A DNA stretch of 64,000 nucleotides from the NCBI GenBank assembly GCA_002189035.1, contig NEEC01000010.1:310001-374000 (forward strand). The letters run 5' to 3'. The notes under the pieces are model-generated. The model saw only the letters and a program-made list of their open reading frames with translations, searched no databases and was not told the DNA's origin. Below, in pieces: positions 63,428-64,000 of the stretch. Within the stretch, counting starts at the first letter, position 1; every line of letters starts with the position of its first letter. Origin of the DNA: Utricularia gibba. Lineage: Eukaryota > Plantae > Magnoliophyta. The translations under genes were made by a program, and so were the position numbers.

Positions 63428-63813
63428 ATACTAATCACTCATCTATCCTAAAGCACTTAAAAATATGCGTTATCAATATCATAATTAAATGCTCATTCAA
63501 AACGATAGCATACAATTGAAAAAAAGGCGCACAACTAACTAGCCTTTTTTTTTTACATGAAATGACATTAATGAAGGTAAAACATCAAAAACTCATTTGA
63601 TTTCAGCATAATATAAATAGAAATCACGATAAAGACCCATGTTCAATTTTTGTTCAATAGAAATATAAATCATTTACCTGGATTTTTGGGATGAAGAACT
63701 CAAGCGACTTCAATCTGCGTGTGAAAACACTAAAAATCAAACTTGAGATGCTTTTTGAACCTCATTTATATTTTGGGGGGAAATTATCAAAAATCTTTAA
63801 ACACCGTCATCTT

Positions 63814-63964
63814 AAAATACTAAACACGAATTTTAAAATAAAACTATTCACTACCAAACATACCCTAATAAAACTATATTTTAATTTGAAGAAAATACTA
63901 AACACGAATTTTTAAAAATTAATGACTTTTAACCTCATTAAATTCACTACCAAACATACCCTAA
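63814..63964 (+). repeat. Tandemly duplicated MITE-like right end (PIF/Harbinger-like TIR)
   Basis: ATTCACTACCAAACATACCC followed by TAA at 63846-63868 and 63942-63964; AAAATACTAAACACGAATTTT also occurs twice. No left TIR seen. Confidence 0.5.
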
Positions 63965-64000
63965 TAATCTAACACTTACAACCGAGCAATCACTTTTACC

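Overview
AT-rich plant nuclear DNA dominated by nested, mostly dead LTR retrotransposons around a three-gene island. Left block (1.3-28 kb): an Athila-type LTR (element D) is split by a minus-strand Athila-like element B (1967-18922, TSD TTTAT). The 3' LTR of B was itself hit by a solo LTR (2581-3756, TSD CTAGG) and by a 6.6-kb gag-protease-only element C (4018-10665, TSD TCTTC). Gene island: an 18-exon AT5G13560-like coiled-coil gene with one in-frame stop (28725-32380 +), a multiply disabled and 3'-truncated UBP12/13 pseudogene (34806-42013 -), and an intact 3-exon PIRL-type LRR gene (42504-43886 -). Right block: a broken Copia carrying a solo LTR and a second gag-protease-only element E (51757-57551 -), two solo LTRs of another family, and an isolated carB gene fragment. 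The most notable observations are (i) a position-fixed, covarying hairpin CTAAATC-N3/4-GATTTAG about 125 nt into four divergent LTR families, (ii) a non-autonomous Athila family whose copies share the same collapsed pol with an invariant WDDPYWWRRCKD motif, and (iii) a templated-insertion scar at the UBP truncation. All boundaries and identities were read by eye; no database searches or alignments were run.
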